This document shows, in pieces, positions 12,713 to 27,800 of a stretch of 64,000 nucleotides of DNA (positions within the stretch are counted from its first letter, which is position 1; every line of letters begins with the position of its first letter). The DNA is taken from the NCBI GenBank assembly GCA_002269645.1, contig NIVC01000646.1, forward strand, positions 348,636 to 412,635. Direction: 5' to 3'. Below the pieces are notes generated by a model. The model was not told where the DNA came from and did not search any database. It saw only the letters and a list, made by a program, of their open reading frames with translations. The translations under genes were made by a program, and so were the position numbers. This DNA comes from Macrostomum lignano (Eukaryota).

Positions 12713-13304
12713 ATGACGAATCCGCAGCAGCAGCAGCCGCCTGCAGCTGCTGGCCAGGTGGTTGCCGAACCACCAGACCCTCAGCATCAGCAGCCGCCGC
12801 AGTCAGCGGCAGAATCCTACAGTTATTTTACTTCGCCGAATCCCAATCCTCCCCAGGCGACAGCGTCGCTGCCACCGGCTGGTGTGGACGCGGCCGGGCC
12901 TCCCAGCCCGCCGGACAAGGGCTACGCTTGGTTCATTGTGCTTGGCGCATTCCTCTGCCACGGCCTTGTTGACGGCTTTTGCTATTCGTTTTTTAGCGTA
13001 GCTCGCGACCGGATTAGCGAATCCTTTGCTGGCAGGGGGCCGGCAGAGCTGTCTCTGATCGGCAGCACCGTGTTTGGCGTCTACATGCTGTTTGGTGAGT
13101 TCAATTGGAGTTCATTAGCTCCTTAATCATTAGTTAAATTGTTAGTTAAATAGCTAGTACTGTTGGTTAGATTTTTAGCTAGTTAGTTAGTTAATTACTC
13201 AGTTAGTCAGTTATCTAGTCAGTTAGTTAGTTAGTCAGTTAGTTAGTTAGTTAGTTAGTCAGTTAGTTAGTTAGTCAGTTAGTTAGTTAGTTAGTTAGTC
13301 AGTC

Positions 13305-13339
<35 letters not shown>

Positions 13340-13340
13340 C

Positions 13341-13375
<35 letters not shown>

Positions 13376-13404
13376 CCTTTAGTTAGTCAGTCAGCTAGTT
13401 AGTC

Positions 13405-13435
<31 letters not shown>

Positions 13436-13604
13436 CAGTTAGTCAGCTAGCTAGTTGGTTAGTCAGTCAGTTAGTCAGCTAGCTAGTTAGTCAGTTAGTC
13501 AGTTAGTCAGTTAGTTAGTCAGTCAGTTAGTCAGTTAGTTAGTTAGTCAGTTAGTTAGTCAGTCAGTTAGTTAGTCAGTTAGTTAGTTAGTTAGTTAGTT
13601 AGTC

Positions 13605-13635
<31 letters not shown>

Positions 13636-15321
13636 CAGTTAGTCAGCTAGCTAGTTAGTTAGTTAGTCAGTCAGTTAGTCAGTTAGTTAGTCAGTCAGTC
13701 AGTTAGTCAGCTAGCTAGTTAGTCAGTTAGCTAGTTAGTCAGTTAGTTAGTCAGTCAGTTAGTCAGTTAGTTAGTTAGTCAGTTAGCTAGTTAGTCAGTC
13801 AGTTAGTTAGTCAGCTAGCTAGTTAGTCAGTTAGTTAGTCAGTCAGTTAGTCAGTTAGTTAGTTAGTTAGTTAGTCAGTTAGTTAGTTAGTTAGTTAGTC
13901 AGTTAGTTAGTTAGTCAGTCAGTCAGTTAGTCAGTTAGTTAGTTAGTTAGTCAGTTAGTTAGTTAGTCAGTCAGTTAGTTAGTTAGTTAGTCAGTTAGCT
14001 AGTTAGTCAGTTAGTTAGTCAGTTAGTTAGTTAGTCAGTCAGTTAGTCAGTTAGCTAGTTAGTCAGTCAGTTAGTCAGTCAGTTAGTCATTTAGTTAGTC
14101 ATTTAGTTAGTTAGTCAGTTAGTTAGTCAGTTAGTTAGTTAGTCAGTCAGTTAGTCAGTTAGTCAGTTAGTCAGCTAGCTAGTTAGTCAGTCAGTTAGTC
14201 AGTCAGTTAGTCAGTTAGTTAGTCATTTAGTTAGTTAGTCAGTTAGTCAGTCAGTTAGTCAGCTAGCTAGTTAGTCAGTTAGTTAGTCAGTCAGTTAGTC
14301 AGTTAGTCAGTTAGTCAGTCATTTAGTTAGTTAGTCAGTTAGTCAGTTAGTTAGTCATTTAGTTAGTTAGTCAGTCATTTAGTCAGTTAGTCATTTAGTC
14401 AGTTAGTCAGTCAGTTAGTCAGCTAGTTAGTCCTCATGGTCGAGAGTGGCGTGACCAGCTGCTCCCCCCGCCATCAGTCTTATGAATTGTAAAGTTCATA
14501 AATAGATTTGTAAAGCCCAACACAGATAGCTGGGCTCGAATCCGGGTCATCTCCTCGGCTTCAACACGGTGATAAAGTTCCGAGCAAAAGTTAAAAAAGC
14601 GATAGAAGCGAGAAAAGCCTGCACTGGATCCGGCCCAAAGCGTAATTTTTTTTCGCTACATTCCGCCATTAACCCGCCATTCCTGTGGAGCCCGCATTCG
14701 AAACATAAGGCAATAGTACGAGTAAAAGCAGCCGCTTTCTTCTTTATGATCGCAGAAATTTGAATGCTGATATGTTTCTATTTTAGGCCGGGTTGTTGTC
14801 GCTGTATAAATTTCTATTGCATAAACTTGATGCCTGATTTTGCCTGTACGAGCTAAAAAAGTTCAGTCGAGGTCAACTAGAAATGCTCGTATTCGTATTG
14901 ACAGAACCAATGCAGCCGTGTGTTTTGCTGCTTATCTAAGTAGCGGGGTTTTCATCTGGCCGGATCGGCCCCGCGCCCTTCGATACCACATAATTACACT
15001 ATTCGTATTTATTATCGAGTCGTATGTGCTGACAAATGTGTGTTGATAAGCTGCGCCTCTTTAACTGAACTCTTGATAAATAGCCTGCTATTGCTGCTGC
15101 TGTCTGTTTATGGCATGCCCGAATGGCTGTGTTTTTTCGGTTAACTTTTTGCCTACTTTGTTGTCTGGCTGACTGCATGTCTGTCTGTGTCTCTCTTAGT
15201 GTCTGTCTTAGTGTCTGTCTTAGTGTCTATCTTAGTGTCTGTTTTAGTGTCTGTCTTAGTGTCTGTCTTAGTGTCTGTGTTAGTGTCTGTCTGTCTGTCT
15301 TAGTGTCTCTCTCTGTCTTAG

Positions 15322-15358
<37 letters not shown>

Positions 15359-18300
15359 TAGTGTCTGTCTGTCTTAGTGTCTGTCTTAGTGTCTGTCTGT
15401 CTTAGTGTCTGTGTTAGTGTCTATCTTAGTGTCTGTCTTAGTGTCTGTGTTAGTGTCTATCTTAGTGTCTGTGTTAGTGTCCGTCTCTCTGTCTTAGTGT
15501 CTCTCTTAGTGTCTGTCTTAGTGTCTCTCTTAGTGTCTGTCTTAGTGTCTGTCTTAGTGTCTGTGTTAGTGTCCGTCTCTCTGTCTTAGTGTCGCTCTTA
15601 GTGTCTGTCTTAGTGTCTCTCTGTCTTAGTGTCTCTCTTAGTGTCTGTCTTAGTGTCTGTCTTAGTGTCCGTCTCTCTGTCTTAGTGTCTCTCTTAGTGT
15701 CTGTCTTAGTGTCTCTCTTAGTGTCTGTCTTAGTGTCTGTCTTAGTGTCTGTGTTAGTGTCCGTCTCTCTGTCTTAGTGTCGCTCTTAGTGTCTGTCTTA
15801 GTGTCTCTCTGTCTTAGTGTCTCTCTTAGTGTCTGTCTTAGTGTCTCTCTTAGTGTCTGTCTTAGTGTCTCTCTTAGTGTCTGTCTTAGTGTCTCTCTTA
15901 GTGTCTGTCTTAGTGTCTGTCTTAGTGTCTGTCTTAGTGTCTGTCTTAGTGTCTGTCTTAGTGTCTGTCTTAGTGTCTGTCTTAGTGTCTGTCTTAGTGT
16001 CTGTCTTAGTGTCTGCCTTAGTGTCTCTCTTAGTGTCTGTCTTAGTGTCTGTGTTAGTGTCCGTCTGTCTGTCTTAGTGTCTGTCTGTCTTAGTGTCTGT
16101 GTTAGTGTCCGTCTGTCTGTCTTAGTGTCTGTCTGTCTGCCTGCCTGCCTGCCTGTCTATCTGCCTGCCTGTCTGTCTGTCTGTCTTTGTTGATGTGTCA
16201 CTATATGTACAAAACAATGATAATCGCCCCGATCTTTATTTCTGTATTATTTACTATTACTATTTACTTTGCATTCTCAGATGGTCAATAATTATTGCGA
16301 GAATATAATAACTGTATGATTACTTCTTACGAGTATTGCTCCGGTCATGTCCATAAGCCAATGGTTGCAGTGCATATCAAGAAGCCTCTCCCACCGACCC
16401 TTCCCCAGGCCCCACGAGCTCCGCCTTGGCCAACACATTCGGCTGCCGGCCCATCATTATGCTGGGCGCCGCGGCCTCCGCTGCCGTCTTCTGCGGGGCA
16501 TCCTTTGTCACCAACTATTATGCATTCGTGTTCGTGTTCGGCGTCCTTGGCGGTGAGTCGCTCGTCATGTGTACTGTTGACTGATATCTGTCACTGATTT
16601 ATGTGGATCTGTCACTCAAGTTCTAGTAAATCTGTCACTCTGGATCATGTAGATCTGTCACTCAGGTTCTAGTAAATCTGTCACTCTGGTTCCTGTAGGT
16701 CTGTCACTCAGGTTCTAGTAAATCTGTCACTCTGGTTCATGTAGGTCTGTCACTCAGGTTCTAGTAAATCTGTCACTCTGGTTCATGTAGGTCTGTCACT
16801 CTGATTCTAGTAAATCTATCACTCAGGTTCTAGTAAATCTGTCACTCTGGTTCATGTAGGTCTGTCACTCAGGTTCTAGTAAATCTGTCACTTTGGTTCA
16901 TGTAGGTCTGTCACTCAGGTTCTAGTAAATCTGTCACTCTGGTTCATGTAGGTCTGTCACTCAGGTTCTAGTAAATCTGTCACTCTGGTTCATGTAGATC
17001 TGTCACTCATTTTCTAGTAAATCTGTCACTTTGGTTCATGTAGGTCTGTCACTCAGGTTCTAGTAAATCTGTCACTCTGGTTCATGTAGGTCTGTCACTC
17101 AGGTTCTAGTAAATCTGTCACTCTGGTTCATGTAGGTCTGTCACTCAGGTTCTAGTAAATCTGTCACTTTGGTTCATGTAGGTCTGTCACTCAGGTTCTA
17201 GTAAATCTGTCACTCTGGTTCATGTAGGTCTGTCACTCTGATTCTAGTAAATCTATCACTCAGGTTCTAGTAAATCTGTCACTTTGGTTCATGTAGGTCT
17301 GTCACTCAGGTTCTAGTAAATCTGTCACTTTGGTTCATGTAGGTCTGTCACTCAGGTTCTAGTAAATCTGTCACTCTGGTTCATGTAGGTCTGTCACTCA
17401 GGTTCTAGTAAATCTGTCACTCTGGTTCATGTAGATCTGTCACTCATTTTCTAGTAAATCTGTCACTTTGGTTCATGTAGGTCTGTCACTCAGGTTCTAG
17501 TAAATCTGTCACTCTGGTTCATGTAGGTCTGTCACTCAGGTTCTAGTAAATCTGTCACTCTGGTTCATGTAGGTCTGTCACTCAGGTTCTAGTAAATCTG
17601 TCACTCTGGTTCATGTAGGTCTGTCACTCAGGTTCTAGTAAATCTGTCACTCTGGTTCATGTAGGTCTGTCACTCAGGTTCTAGTAAATCTGTCACTCTG
17701 GTTCATGTAGGTCTGTCACTCAGGTTCTAGTAAATCTGTCACTTTGGTTCATGTAGGTCTGTTACTCAGGTTCTAGTAAATCTGTCACTCTGGTTCATGT
17801 AGGTCTGTCACTCTGATTCTAGTAAATCTATCACTCAGGTTCTAGTAAATCTGTCACTTTGGTTCATGTAGGTCTGTCACTCAGGTTCTAGTAAATCTGT
17901 CACTTTGGTTCATGTAGGTCTGTCACTCAGGTTCTAGTAAATCTGTCACTCTGGTTCATGTAGGTCTGTCACTCAGGTTCTAGTAAATCTGTCACTCTGG
18001 TTCATGTAGATCTGTCACTCATTTTCTAGTAAATCTGTCACTTTGGTTCATGTAGGTCTGTCACTCAGGTTCTAGTAAATCTGTCACTCTGGTTCATGTA
18101 GGTCTGTCACTCAGGTTCTAGTAAATCTGTCACTCTGGTTCATGTAGGTCTGTCACTCAGGTTCTAGTAAATCTGTCACTCTGGTTCATGTAGGTCTGTC
18201 ACTCTGATTCTAGTAAATCTATCACTCAGGTTCTAGTAAATCTGTCACTTTGGTTCATGTAGGTCTGTCACTCAGGTTCTAGTAAATCTGTCACTCTGGT

Positions 18301-21300
18301 TCATGTAGGTCTGTCACTCAGGTTCTAGTAAATCTGTCACTCTGGTTCATGTAGGTCTGTCACTCAGGTTCTAGTAAATCTGTCACTCTGGTTCATGTAG
18401 ATCTGTCACTCATTTTCTAGTAAATCTGTCACTTTGGTTCATGTAGGTCTGTCACTCAGGTTCTAGTAAATCTGTCACTCTGGTTCATGTAGATCTGTCA
18501 CTCTGATTCTAGTAAATCTATCACTCAGGTTCTAGTAAATCTGTCACTTTGGTTCATGTAGGTCTGTCACTCAGGTTCTAGTAAATCTGTCACTTTGGTT
18601 CATGTAGGTCTGTCACTCAGGTTCTAGTAAATCTGTCACTCTGGTTCATGTAGGTCTGTCACTCTGATTCTAGTAAATCTATCACTCAGGTTCTAGTAAA
18701 TCTGTCACTTTGGTTCATGTAGGTCTGTCACTCAGGTTCTAGTAAATCTGTCACTTTGGTTCATGTAGGTCTGTCACTCAGGTTCTAGTAAATCTGTCAC
18801 TCTGGTTCATGTAGATCTGTCACTCATTTTCTAGTAAATCTGTCACTTTGGTTCATGTAGGTCTGTCACTCAGGTTCTAGTAAATCTGTCACTCTGGTTC
18901 ATGTAGGTCTGTCACTCAGGTTCTAGTAAATCTGTCACTCTGGTTCATGTAGGTCTGTCACTCAGGTTCTAGTAAATCTGTCACTCTGGTTCATGTAGAT
19001 CTGTCACTCTGGTTCATTTAGATCTGTCACTCACTTTGATGCGTCACTCTTGTTCACACAAATGTGTCACTCTGACTCACATAAATGTGTCACTCTGACT
19101 CACATAAATGTGTCACTCTGACACATAAATATGTCACTCTGACTCACATAAATATGTCACTCTGACTCACATAAATGTGTCACTCTGGTTCGCGTGAATG
19201 TGTCGCTCTGGTTTACATGAATGAGCCACTCCAACTCACATGAATGTGCCATTATGTTTCACCGGTATCGTGTCACATATAAATAGGTAACTGAAGCAAA
19301 ACAGTTCGGAACCCTAGTACGCTTAGTTCTTATCTTAAGCGCCTGTTCCCAGTTCTGTCTGCTTTCAGTGCTAGTGCACTTTTTAGTACGTACGCGTACA
19401 GTTTATAAAAGTGAACTAAAGCCTACTGTTAGTAGTTTAGATTATATATTATGGCACCAGCCTACTAGGCTAGATTTAACAGTGTAAAATGCTCTTTTCT
19501 GCTATGCTACTCGTAATGTACTTTTAATTGTGTTCAGTCCCAGTCCGGGCGTTGGTTCGATTTCCCATGTGCCGTTCTCTTTTCATTCTCCTCCTCCTCT
19601 CTCAGTGACTGCCATGTCGGAACTAGCTATTTAAGCCTAATTAATTAATTGCCCGACTGTCAAATGGCTTCTGTGTGTTGCTATCTGCTTCTCCCGCATC
19701 TTTTTGTGTGCCATCCTGTCGTTTCGCGTTTTTGTTAACTGAAAATTAATCCAAATTTGCATAAGATAAAAGATGAAAATTAATGTTTAGCAACTCTCTG
19801 TTGGACGCTTGTAGGAAAATAAATTTATTACCTGTGTCCTTCTGTTCAGTTGAAATATAATTTTTCTCACCCTTCTCTTTGCTCTACTTATATCTACTCT
19901 CCTTCCCTCCATTCTTCACCCTCCATCTCCTCTCCCCTCCCAATTCTTCACCCTCCATCTCTCCATTCTTCACCCTCCATCACCCCCTCTTCACCCTCCA
20001 TCTCCTCCCCCTCTTCACCCTCCTTCACCCTCCATCTCCTCTCAACTCTTCACCCTCCATCACCTCCCCCCTTTTCACCCTCCATCTCCTCTCAACTCTT
20101 CACCCTCCATCACCCCCCTTTTCACCTCCATCTCCTCTCAACTCTTCACCCTCCATCACCTCCCCCCTCTTCACCCTCCATCTCCTCCCCTCTTCACCCT
20201 CCTTCACCCTCCATCTCCTCTCAACTCTTCACCCTCCATCACCTCCCCCCTCTTCACCCTTCATCTCCTCTCAACTCTTCAACATCTATCTCCTCCCCCC
20301 TCTTCACCCTCCATCTCCTCTCACCTCCTCACCCTCCATCTTCTCTCCCCTCGTCACCCTCCACCCCCCTCAATTCTTCACCCTCCATCTCCTCTCCCCT
20401 CTTCACCCTCCATCTCCTCTCAACTCTTCACCCTCCATCTCCTCTCCCTTCTTCACCCTCCATCTCCTCTCCCCTCTTCACCCTCCATCTCCTCTCAACT
20501 CTTCACCCTCCATCTCCTCTCCCTTCTTCACCCTCCATCTCCTCTCAACTCTTCACCCTCCATCTCCTCTCAACTCTTCACCCTCCATCTCCTCTCAACT
20601 CTTCACCCTCCATCTCCTCTCAACTCTTCACCCTCCATCTCCTCTCAACTCTTCACCCTCCATCTGCTCTCAACTCTTCACCCTCCATCTCCTCTCAACT
20701 CTTCACCCTCCATCTCCTCTCAACTCTTCACCCTCCATCTCCTCTCAACTCTTCACCCTCCATCTCCTCTCAACTCTTCACCCTCCATCTGCTCTCAACT
20801 CTTCACCCTCCATCTCCTCTCAACTCTTCACCCTCCATCTCCTCTCAACTCTTCACCCTCCATCTCCTCTCAACTCTTCACCCTCCATCTCCTCTCAACT
20901 CTTCACCCTCCATCTCCTCTTCCCTCTTCACCCTCCATCACATGGGCGGAGTCTCCTGAGAGAAATGCATTGTGTTCATTTTCTATAACTATTTTGCTCA
21001 GAGCTGTCCCATACGCAGCTAGCTGGGTAGACTACAAAAATTATCAAATGTACGCAATTTTAATCAGCTCCCATAGAATAGGAAATAAATTTACACATTA
21101 GTTTAACACTCGCCAGTATTTCACATTGGTAGCTCATGGTTTGTACTAAACTAGTTCATCCATTTGGGCTGGCATAGCTGCCGCTAAACCTCGTATTTAT
21201 GCGCCGGCTGTGCAATTTGATAGCAAACCTCCCGTCACAAACAGATGTGGGAGGCTCGCTAGAGTGAATAAAAAACTGCCATATATACTGAAGTATTGTA

Positions 21301-21452
21301 TTACAGCATAGACTGCGCCAGCCATGATAAAAACATTGGATTGCTTATGCCCCTGCTTTTCAAACCAGATATTGTCTATAAATAGCTGATTTGTCCTCTT
21401 TTTGTTGACTTCGAATTCCCAGCATACAAGCTGTACTCTGCTCGCGTCTGCC

Positions 21453-21505
<53 letters not shown>

Positions 21506-21600
21506 GGCTGGCTGGCTGCCTGCCTGTCTGTCTGTCTGTCTGTCTGTCTGTCTGGCTGGCTGCCTGCCTGCCTGTCTGTCTGTCTGTCTGCCTGTCTGCC

Positions 21601-21661
<61 letters not shown>

Positions 21662-21752
21662 GCCTGTCTGCCTGTCTGTCTGTCTGTCTGTATGTCTGTC
21701 TGTCTGTGTGTCTGTCTGTGTGTGTGTCTGTCTGTCTGTCTGTATGTCTGTG

Positions 21753-21813
<61 letters not shown>

Positions 21814-24800
21814 GTCTGGCTGTCTGTCTGGCTGTCTGTCTCAGTGTCTGTAGCCGTCCACCCCGGCTCCGCCCGCAGGCGCCAGCCTAGGCCTAGTCTA
21901 CCTGCCAGCCGTAGTCACTGTCGGCTTCTGGTTCGAGCGTCGACGAGCCATCGCCACCGGCATCGGCGTCTGCGGCAGTGGCGTCGGCACGGCCGCCGTA
22001 GCCCTGGCCACCGATCAGCTGGTCGACCAGCTGACCTGGCGAGGCGCCCTCATGGTGCTGGCCGGTGTGCTGCTCAACTGCGCCGTCGCCGGCTCCCTGC
22101 TGATGCCGCTGGATCGCTACTACGACATCCTGGCTAAGCGGGAGCTGCGCCGGCTGGCCCGCGGCGAGCCGCGCGTCAAGGGGAACATCATGCGGAAGCT
22201 GGTGGAGAATAAGAAGCGTGAGAGAAATATTAGCCAGGTGAGCGGTGGGCGACTTTTTGTGCGCGGCCTTAAAATTTAAATTTTAGCAATTAGAACCGGT
22301 CCTCAGATTCCCCATAATCCAGTCCTCAGATTACCCATGAGCCAGTCCTGAAATTCCTCATAAGTAAGCCAGTCCTTAGATTCCTCTCTAGCCAATCTTC
22401 AGATTCCACTCTAGCCAATCCTCAGATTTCCCAGGAGTCAGTCCTCAGATTCCCCATAAGCCAGTGCTCAAATTCCCACTAGCCAGTGCTTAGATAGATT
22501 CCCCATAAGCCAGTCCTCAGATTCCTCTCTAGCCAATCTTCAGATTCCACTCTAGCCAATCCTCAGATTTCCCATGAGTCAGTCCTCAGATTCCCCACTA
22601 GCCAGTGCCCAAATTCCCCAGTAGCCAGTGCTCAGATTCCCCACTAGCCAGTCCTCAGATTCCCCACTAGCCAGTCCTCAGATTCCCCACTAGCCAGTGC
22701 CCAAATTCCCCAGTAGCCAGTGCTCAGATTCCCCACTAGCCTGTCCTCAGATTCCCCATAAGCCAATGCTCAGATTCCCCACTAACCAATGTTCAGATTC
22801 CCCACTAGCCAATGCTCAGATTCCCCACTATCCAATGCTCAGATTCCCCACTAGCCAATGCTTAAATTCCCCACTAGCCCGTCCTTAGATTCCCCATAAA
22901 ACCGGTGCGCAGAGGCAGCCCTAATCTCTCACTAACCAACGCAGGGCTCCCTAAACGGCTGGATCATCACTACGGCTAATCGGGTGGAGCCGCCGCCCCC
23001 AGACTTTGATGACCGGCCAATGCTCAGCATGGAGGCGATCCACCGCATAGCCGAGAATGTTCTGCGCAGGAAAACGCCCGGCTATTCTGCTGCGACAGCG
23101 GCTGCGGCTGCTTCCGGCGCAGGATCGCGTCGTTTAACTAGCAGGCACAGCTTCCTGGCCGAGGCGGCCGCCACAGCCAAGGGCAGCCTGTCTCAGCTGG
23201 CTGCTACCGTCAGAGGCGGAGGCGGCGGCGTCAGCGGCGTGAGCGGAGGCATTAGCGGCGGCGCAGGCGTCGGCGACTTCGCCCAAAGCCAAACTTCTCT
23301 AGCAGTCGGCGGCGTCAGCAGCAATGATCCGGCAGCGAATCAGCCGCATCTGGTCGGCGCGCCGCTGCAGCCGCACACGGCGCTCAATTCCGAAGTTCCG
23401 ACGCCTGATCAATCGAATTTTGCGTCGGGCACGTCGCTAGCCGGCACGGCAACTTCGGTAGCTGGCGGGCCGGCGGCAATCAACGGGGCTGCGATGGCTC
23501 TGCTGAGCGGCTCGACTGAAATCACCGAGGAGGTGGGCGCTCTAGCTATCTAGAGGGTACCTAGGCCATATTTGACAGTGAATGGTAGCATGGAGACCCT
23601 GAACAAAACAGTCACAGTGAACGGTAACATGGTGACCCTGAACAAAACAGTCACAGTGAACGGTAACATGGTGACCCTGAACAAAACAGTCACAGTGAAC
23701 GGTAACATGGTGACCCTGAACAAAACAGTCACAGTGAACGGTAACATGGTGACCCTGAACAAAACAGTCACAGTGAACGGTAACATGGTGACCCTGAACA
23801 AAACAGTCACAGTGAACGGTAGCATGGTGACCCTGAACAAAACAGTCACAGTGAACGGTAACATAGTGACCCTGAACAAAACAGTCACAGTGAACGGTAG
23901 CATGGTGACCCTGAACAAAACAGTCACAGTGCACGGTAACATGGTGACCCTGAACAAAACAGTCACAGTGAACGGTAGCATGGTGACCCTGAACAAAACA
24001 GTCACAGTGAACGGTAACATAGTGACCCTGAACAAAACAGTCACAGTGAACGGTAGCATGGTGACCCTGAACAAAACAGTCACAGTGAACGGTAGCATTG
24101 AGACCCTTAACAAAACAGTCACAGTGAACGGTAGCATGGTGACCCTGAACAAAACAGTCACAGTGAACGGTAGCATTGAGACCCTTAACAAAACAGTCAC
24201 AGTAAACGGTAGCATGGTGACCCTGAACAAAACAGTCACAGTGAACGGTAACATAGTGACCCTGAACAAAACAGTCACAGTGAACGGTAGCATTGAGACC
24301 CTTAACAAAACAGTCACAGTAAACGGTAGCATGGTGACCCTGAACAAAACAGTCACAGTGAACGGTAACATAGTGACCCTGAACAAAACAGCCACAGTGA
24401 ACGGTAGCATGGTGACCCTGAACAAAACAGTCACAGTGAACGGTAGCATTGAGACCCTTAACAAAACAGTCACAGTAAACAGTAGCATGGTGACCCTGAA
24501 CAAAACAGTCACAGTGAACGGTAACATAGTGACCCTGAACAAAACAGTCACAGTAAACGGTAGCATGGTGACCCTGAACAAAACAGTCACAGTAAACGGT
24601 AGCATGGTGACCCTGAACAAAACAGCCACAGTGAACGGTAGCATGGTGACCCTGAACAAAACAGTCACAGTGAACGGTAGCATTGAGACCCTTAACAAAA
24701 CAGTCACAGTGAACGGTAGCATGGTGACCCTGAACAAAACAGTCACAGTGAACGGTAGCATGGTGACCCTGAACAAAACAGTCACAGTGAACGGTAGCAT

Positions 24801-27800
24801 GGTGACCCTGAACAAAACAGTCACAGTGAACGGTAGCATGGTGACACTGAACAAAACAGTCACAGTAAACGGTAGCATGGTGACCCTGAACAAAACAGTC
24901 ACAGTGAACGGTAGCATGGTGACCCTGAACAAAACAGTCACAGTAAACGGTAACATGGTGACCCTGAACAAAACAGTCACAGTGAACGGTAGCATGGTGA
25001 CACTGAACAAAACAGTCACAGTAAACGGTAGCATGGTGACCCTGAACAAAACAGTCACAGTGAACGGTAGCATGGTGACCCTGAACAAAACAGTCACAGT
25101 GAACGGTAACATGGTGACCCTGAACAAAACAGTCACAGTGAACGGTAGCATGGTGACCCTGAACAAAACAGTCACAGTGCACGGTAGCATGGTGACCCTG
25201 AACAAAACAGTAACAGTAAACGGTAGCATGGTGACCCTGAACAAAACAGTCACAGTGCACGGTAGCATGGTGACCCTGAACAAAACAGTAACAGTAAACG
25301 GTAGCATGGTGACCCTGAACAAAACAGTCACAGTGAAAGGTAGCATGGTGACCCTGAACAAAACGGTCACAGTGAACGGTAGCATGGTGACCCTGAACAA
25401 AACAGCCACAGTGACTGTTTTATTTAAAATGCTTTATTGCTGCCGCAGGTTCGCGAGGCTATCGGCCGTTCGCTGCGTCGGGAAGTGCTCCGACCGCTCA
25501 ATCGCAAAGACGTATTCCATTCCGGCTCGCTGCGCCACGTTGCCGAGTACTGTCGGGCCACGCGGGCCCCCGGCGCTGCTGGCGGGGGCGGTGGCGCCGG
25601 TGGCCGAGATTTCTATCGCTCGGCCACCACGGTGCCGGTCGACGCCGGGCGGCCAGCGGCTCCGGCCAGATCGGCGCTGCGCAAAATGCTGTCACCTGGG
25701 ATGCTGCGATCGCCAACCTTCTGCCTGCTGATGCTTGGCTCGGTGTTCACTGTGCTAGGTGAGTGCGGGGTCTAATGGCTGAGCCATTCCTGGTTAGGTA
25801 ATGGTGATTCAGGTGGGCTATGAGCGATTCAGGTGGGTTATGAGCGATTCAGGTGGGTTATAAGCGATTCAGGTGGGTTATGAGCGATTCAGGTGGGTTT
25901 TGAGCGATTCAGGTGGGTTATGAGCGATTCAGGTGGGTTATGAGCGATTCAGGTGGGTTATGAGCGATTCAGGTGGGTTATGAGCGATTCAGGTGGGTTA
26001 TTAGCGATTTAGGTGGGTTATGAGCGATTCAGGTGGGTTATGAGCGATTCAGGTGGGCTATGAGCGCTTCAGGTTGGTTATGAGTGATTCAGGTGGGTTA
26101 TGAGCGATTCAGGTGGGTTGAGAATGATTCAGGTGGGTTGAGAGTGGTCTAGGTGGGTGGATGTCTGCCTTTCTGAAGCCTTAACAGCATGTTTAAAATG
26201 CTACCTGATCCAGGCTACCTGCAGTTCTATCACCTGATCCGGCCTTACGCAATCACACGCGGAATAAGCTCAGCAGAGGCAACCAACCTGCTAGTGCTGA
26301 CTGGGATCGCTAATAGCGCAGGCCGAATGCTATTTGGTGAGGGTTAGAACTTATTAATCAATTATATATTAGTGCATAGTCGTTTCTGCTTTTTTTCTAA
26401 TTGCTTTGACTTCTGTTGGCGAAGGCAAACTCATTTGAGCTTATTCACTTTTAATTTGCTCTAATGTTTAAAGGCGTAATCTAAAATAATACTGTTGTTG
26501 CTTGATATGCACACTTCACTACTACTCACGATTAGAACAGATCCATCAGTAGTATTTTCACAGGTATTAACTAAATATGACTTTATATTTATCTAGCGTG
26601 TTATTAGATAGTTATGCAACACATTTATTTAACCATTATTAATATATGATTTCCATGTTTAAATGAATTGTGCTTTTTTGGCAAAAAATCAAAAGTTCAA
26701 AGTTTATCTGCACTTTAAAACATTAAATTGCGCACAATATCTATCAACATGTTTTATTAACCTTTCTTTTTTAGCTATCATTATTCAGAAGAAGTCGTGT
26801 AAGTAAATCAATTAGATTTCTGCTTCTGGATTTCGCGCGTGTCCAAATACAGTAGTTGTTTGCGATTAACTGGCTCTTGATTGAGCCCACAGATACTAGA
26901 ATAACTAGAAATGTCACTCGCAAAACTACTTTTTCTTCAGTAGCAAAATGATCATTATTTTTTTATGCTCGTAAATTAGAAAGTCTCTAAAATTTACATA
27001 TTTAGTTATTTACTGCAACAACCGGAATTTAAAAAAATATGAATTTAAGAATGCAGATTGCGGGAAAACTTAAAAAACACTAAATCTAGTGCGTGTGCAG
27101 AGCAAGCAAGAGAGCAATGTGTGGCGTCCCAGCCTAGCCAGCCCGATAAACAGTAAACGATAAACTTTCCTCTTGCCCCGATTGTGTCTGACTTCTCTCT
27201 TCTCCTTACTGCTCTCTCATTGGCTGAGCTAGATTGGGCCTGCCCCCAAGGCTGAGTTTCGTCCCCGTCTGACTTTGGCCTCTCTCTTTACTGGTCTCTC
27301 ATTGGCTGGGCCAAATTAGGCCTGCCCCCCTAGGCTGAGTTTCGTTCGTCTAACTCTGACCTCTTTCCTTACTGCTCTCTTATTGGCTGAGCCAGATTGG
27401 GCCTGCCCCCCTAGGCTGAGTTTCGTCCCCGTCTGACTTTGACCTCTAGATTGGGCCTGTCCCCTAGACTGAGCCAGATTGGGCCTGCCCCCCTAGGCTG
27501 AGTTTCGTCCCCGTCTGACTTTGACCTCTAGATTGGGCCTGTCCCCTAGACTGAGCCAGATTGGGCCTGCCCCCTAGACTGAGTCCGTCCGTCCGTCCTG
27601 TGTTCGCTTGTGTACATCGAGTCTTGTTGTTAAATGCTTGACCCCCTATGCTCATGAGGCTGCAAACCCCAAGGCAGAAAAAGAAGTTTTAGCTGCCACA
27701 TTAAATTTGAGCGCAGACAAACTACTGAAAATAGAGTTGACACTTTACTCTTATTTTTTTCACAACAATTAATACGAGTGACATAACTAGCTATTCATTC

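Noticed and set aside
23572-25731. 719-aa + strand ORF with an [10 protein letters not shown] repeat (two N-glycosylation sequons per 10 aa)
   Set aside because: It is the 30-bp satellite inside MCT intron 4; it shares exon 4's frame but a TAG at 23551-23553 intervenes, and it is out of frame with exon 5.
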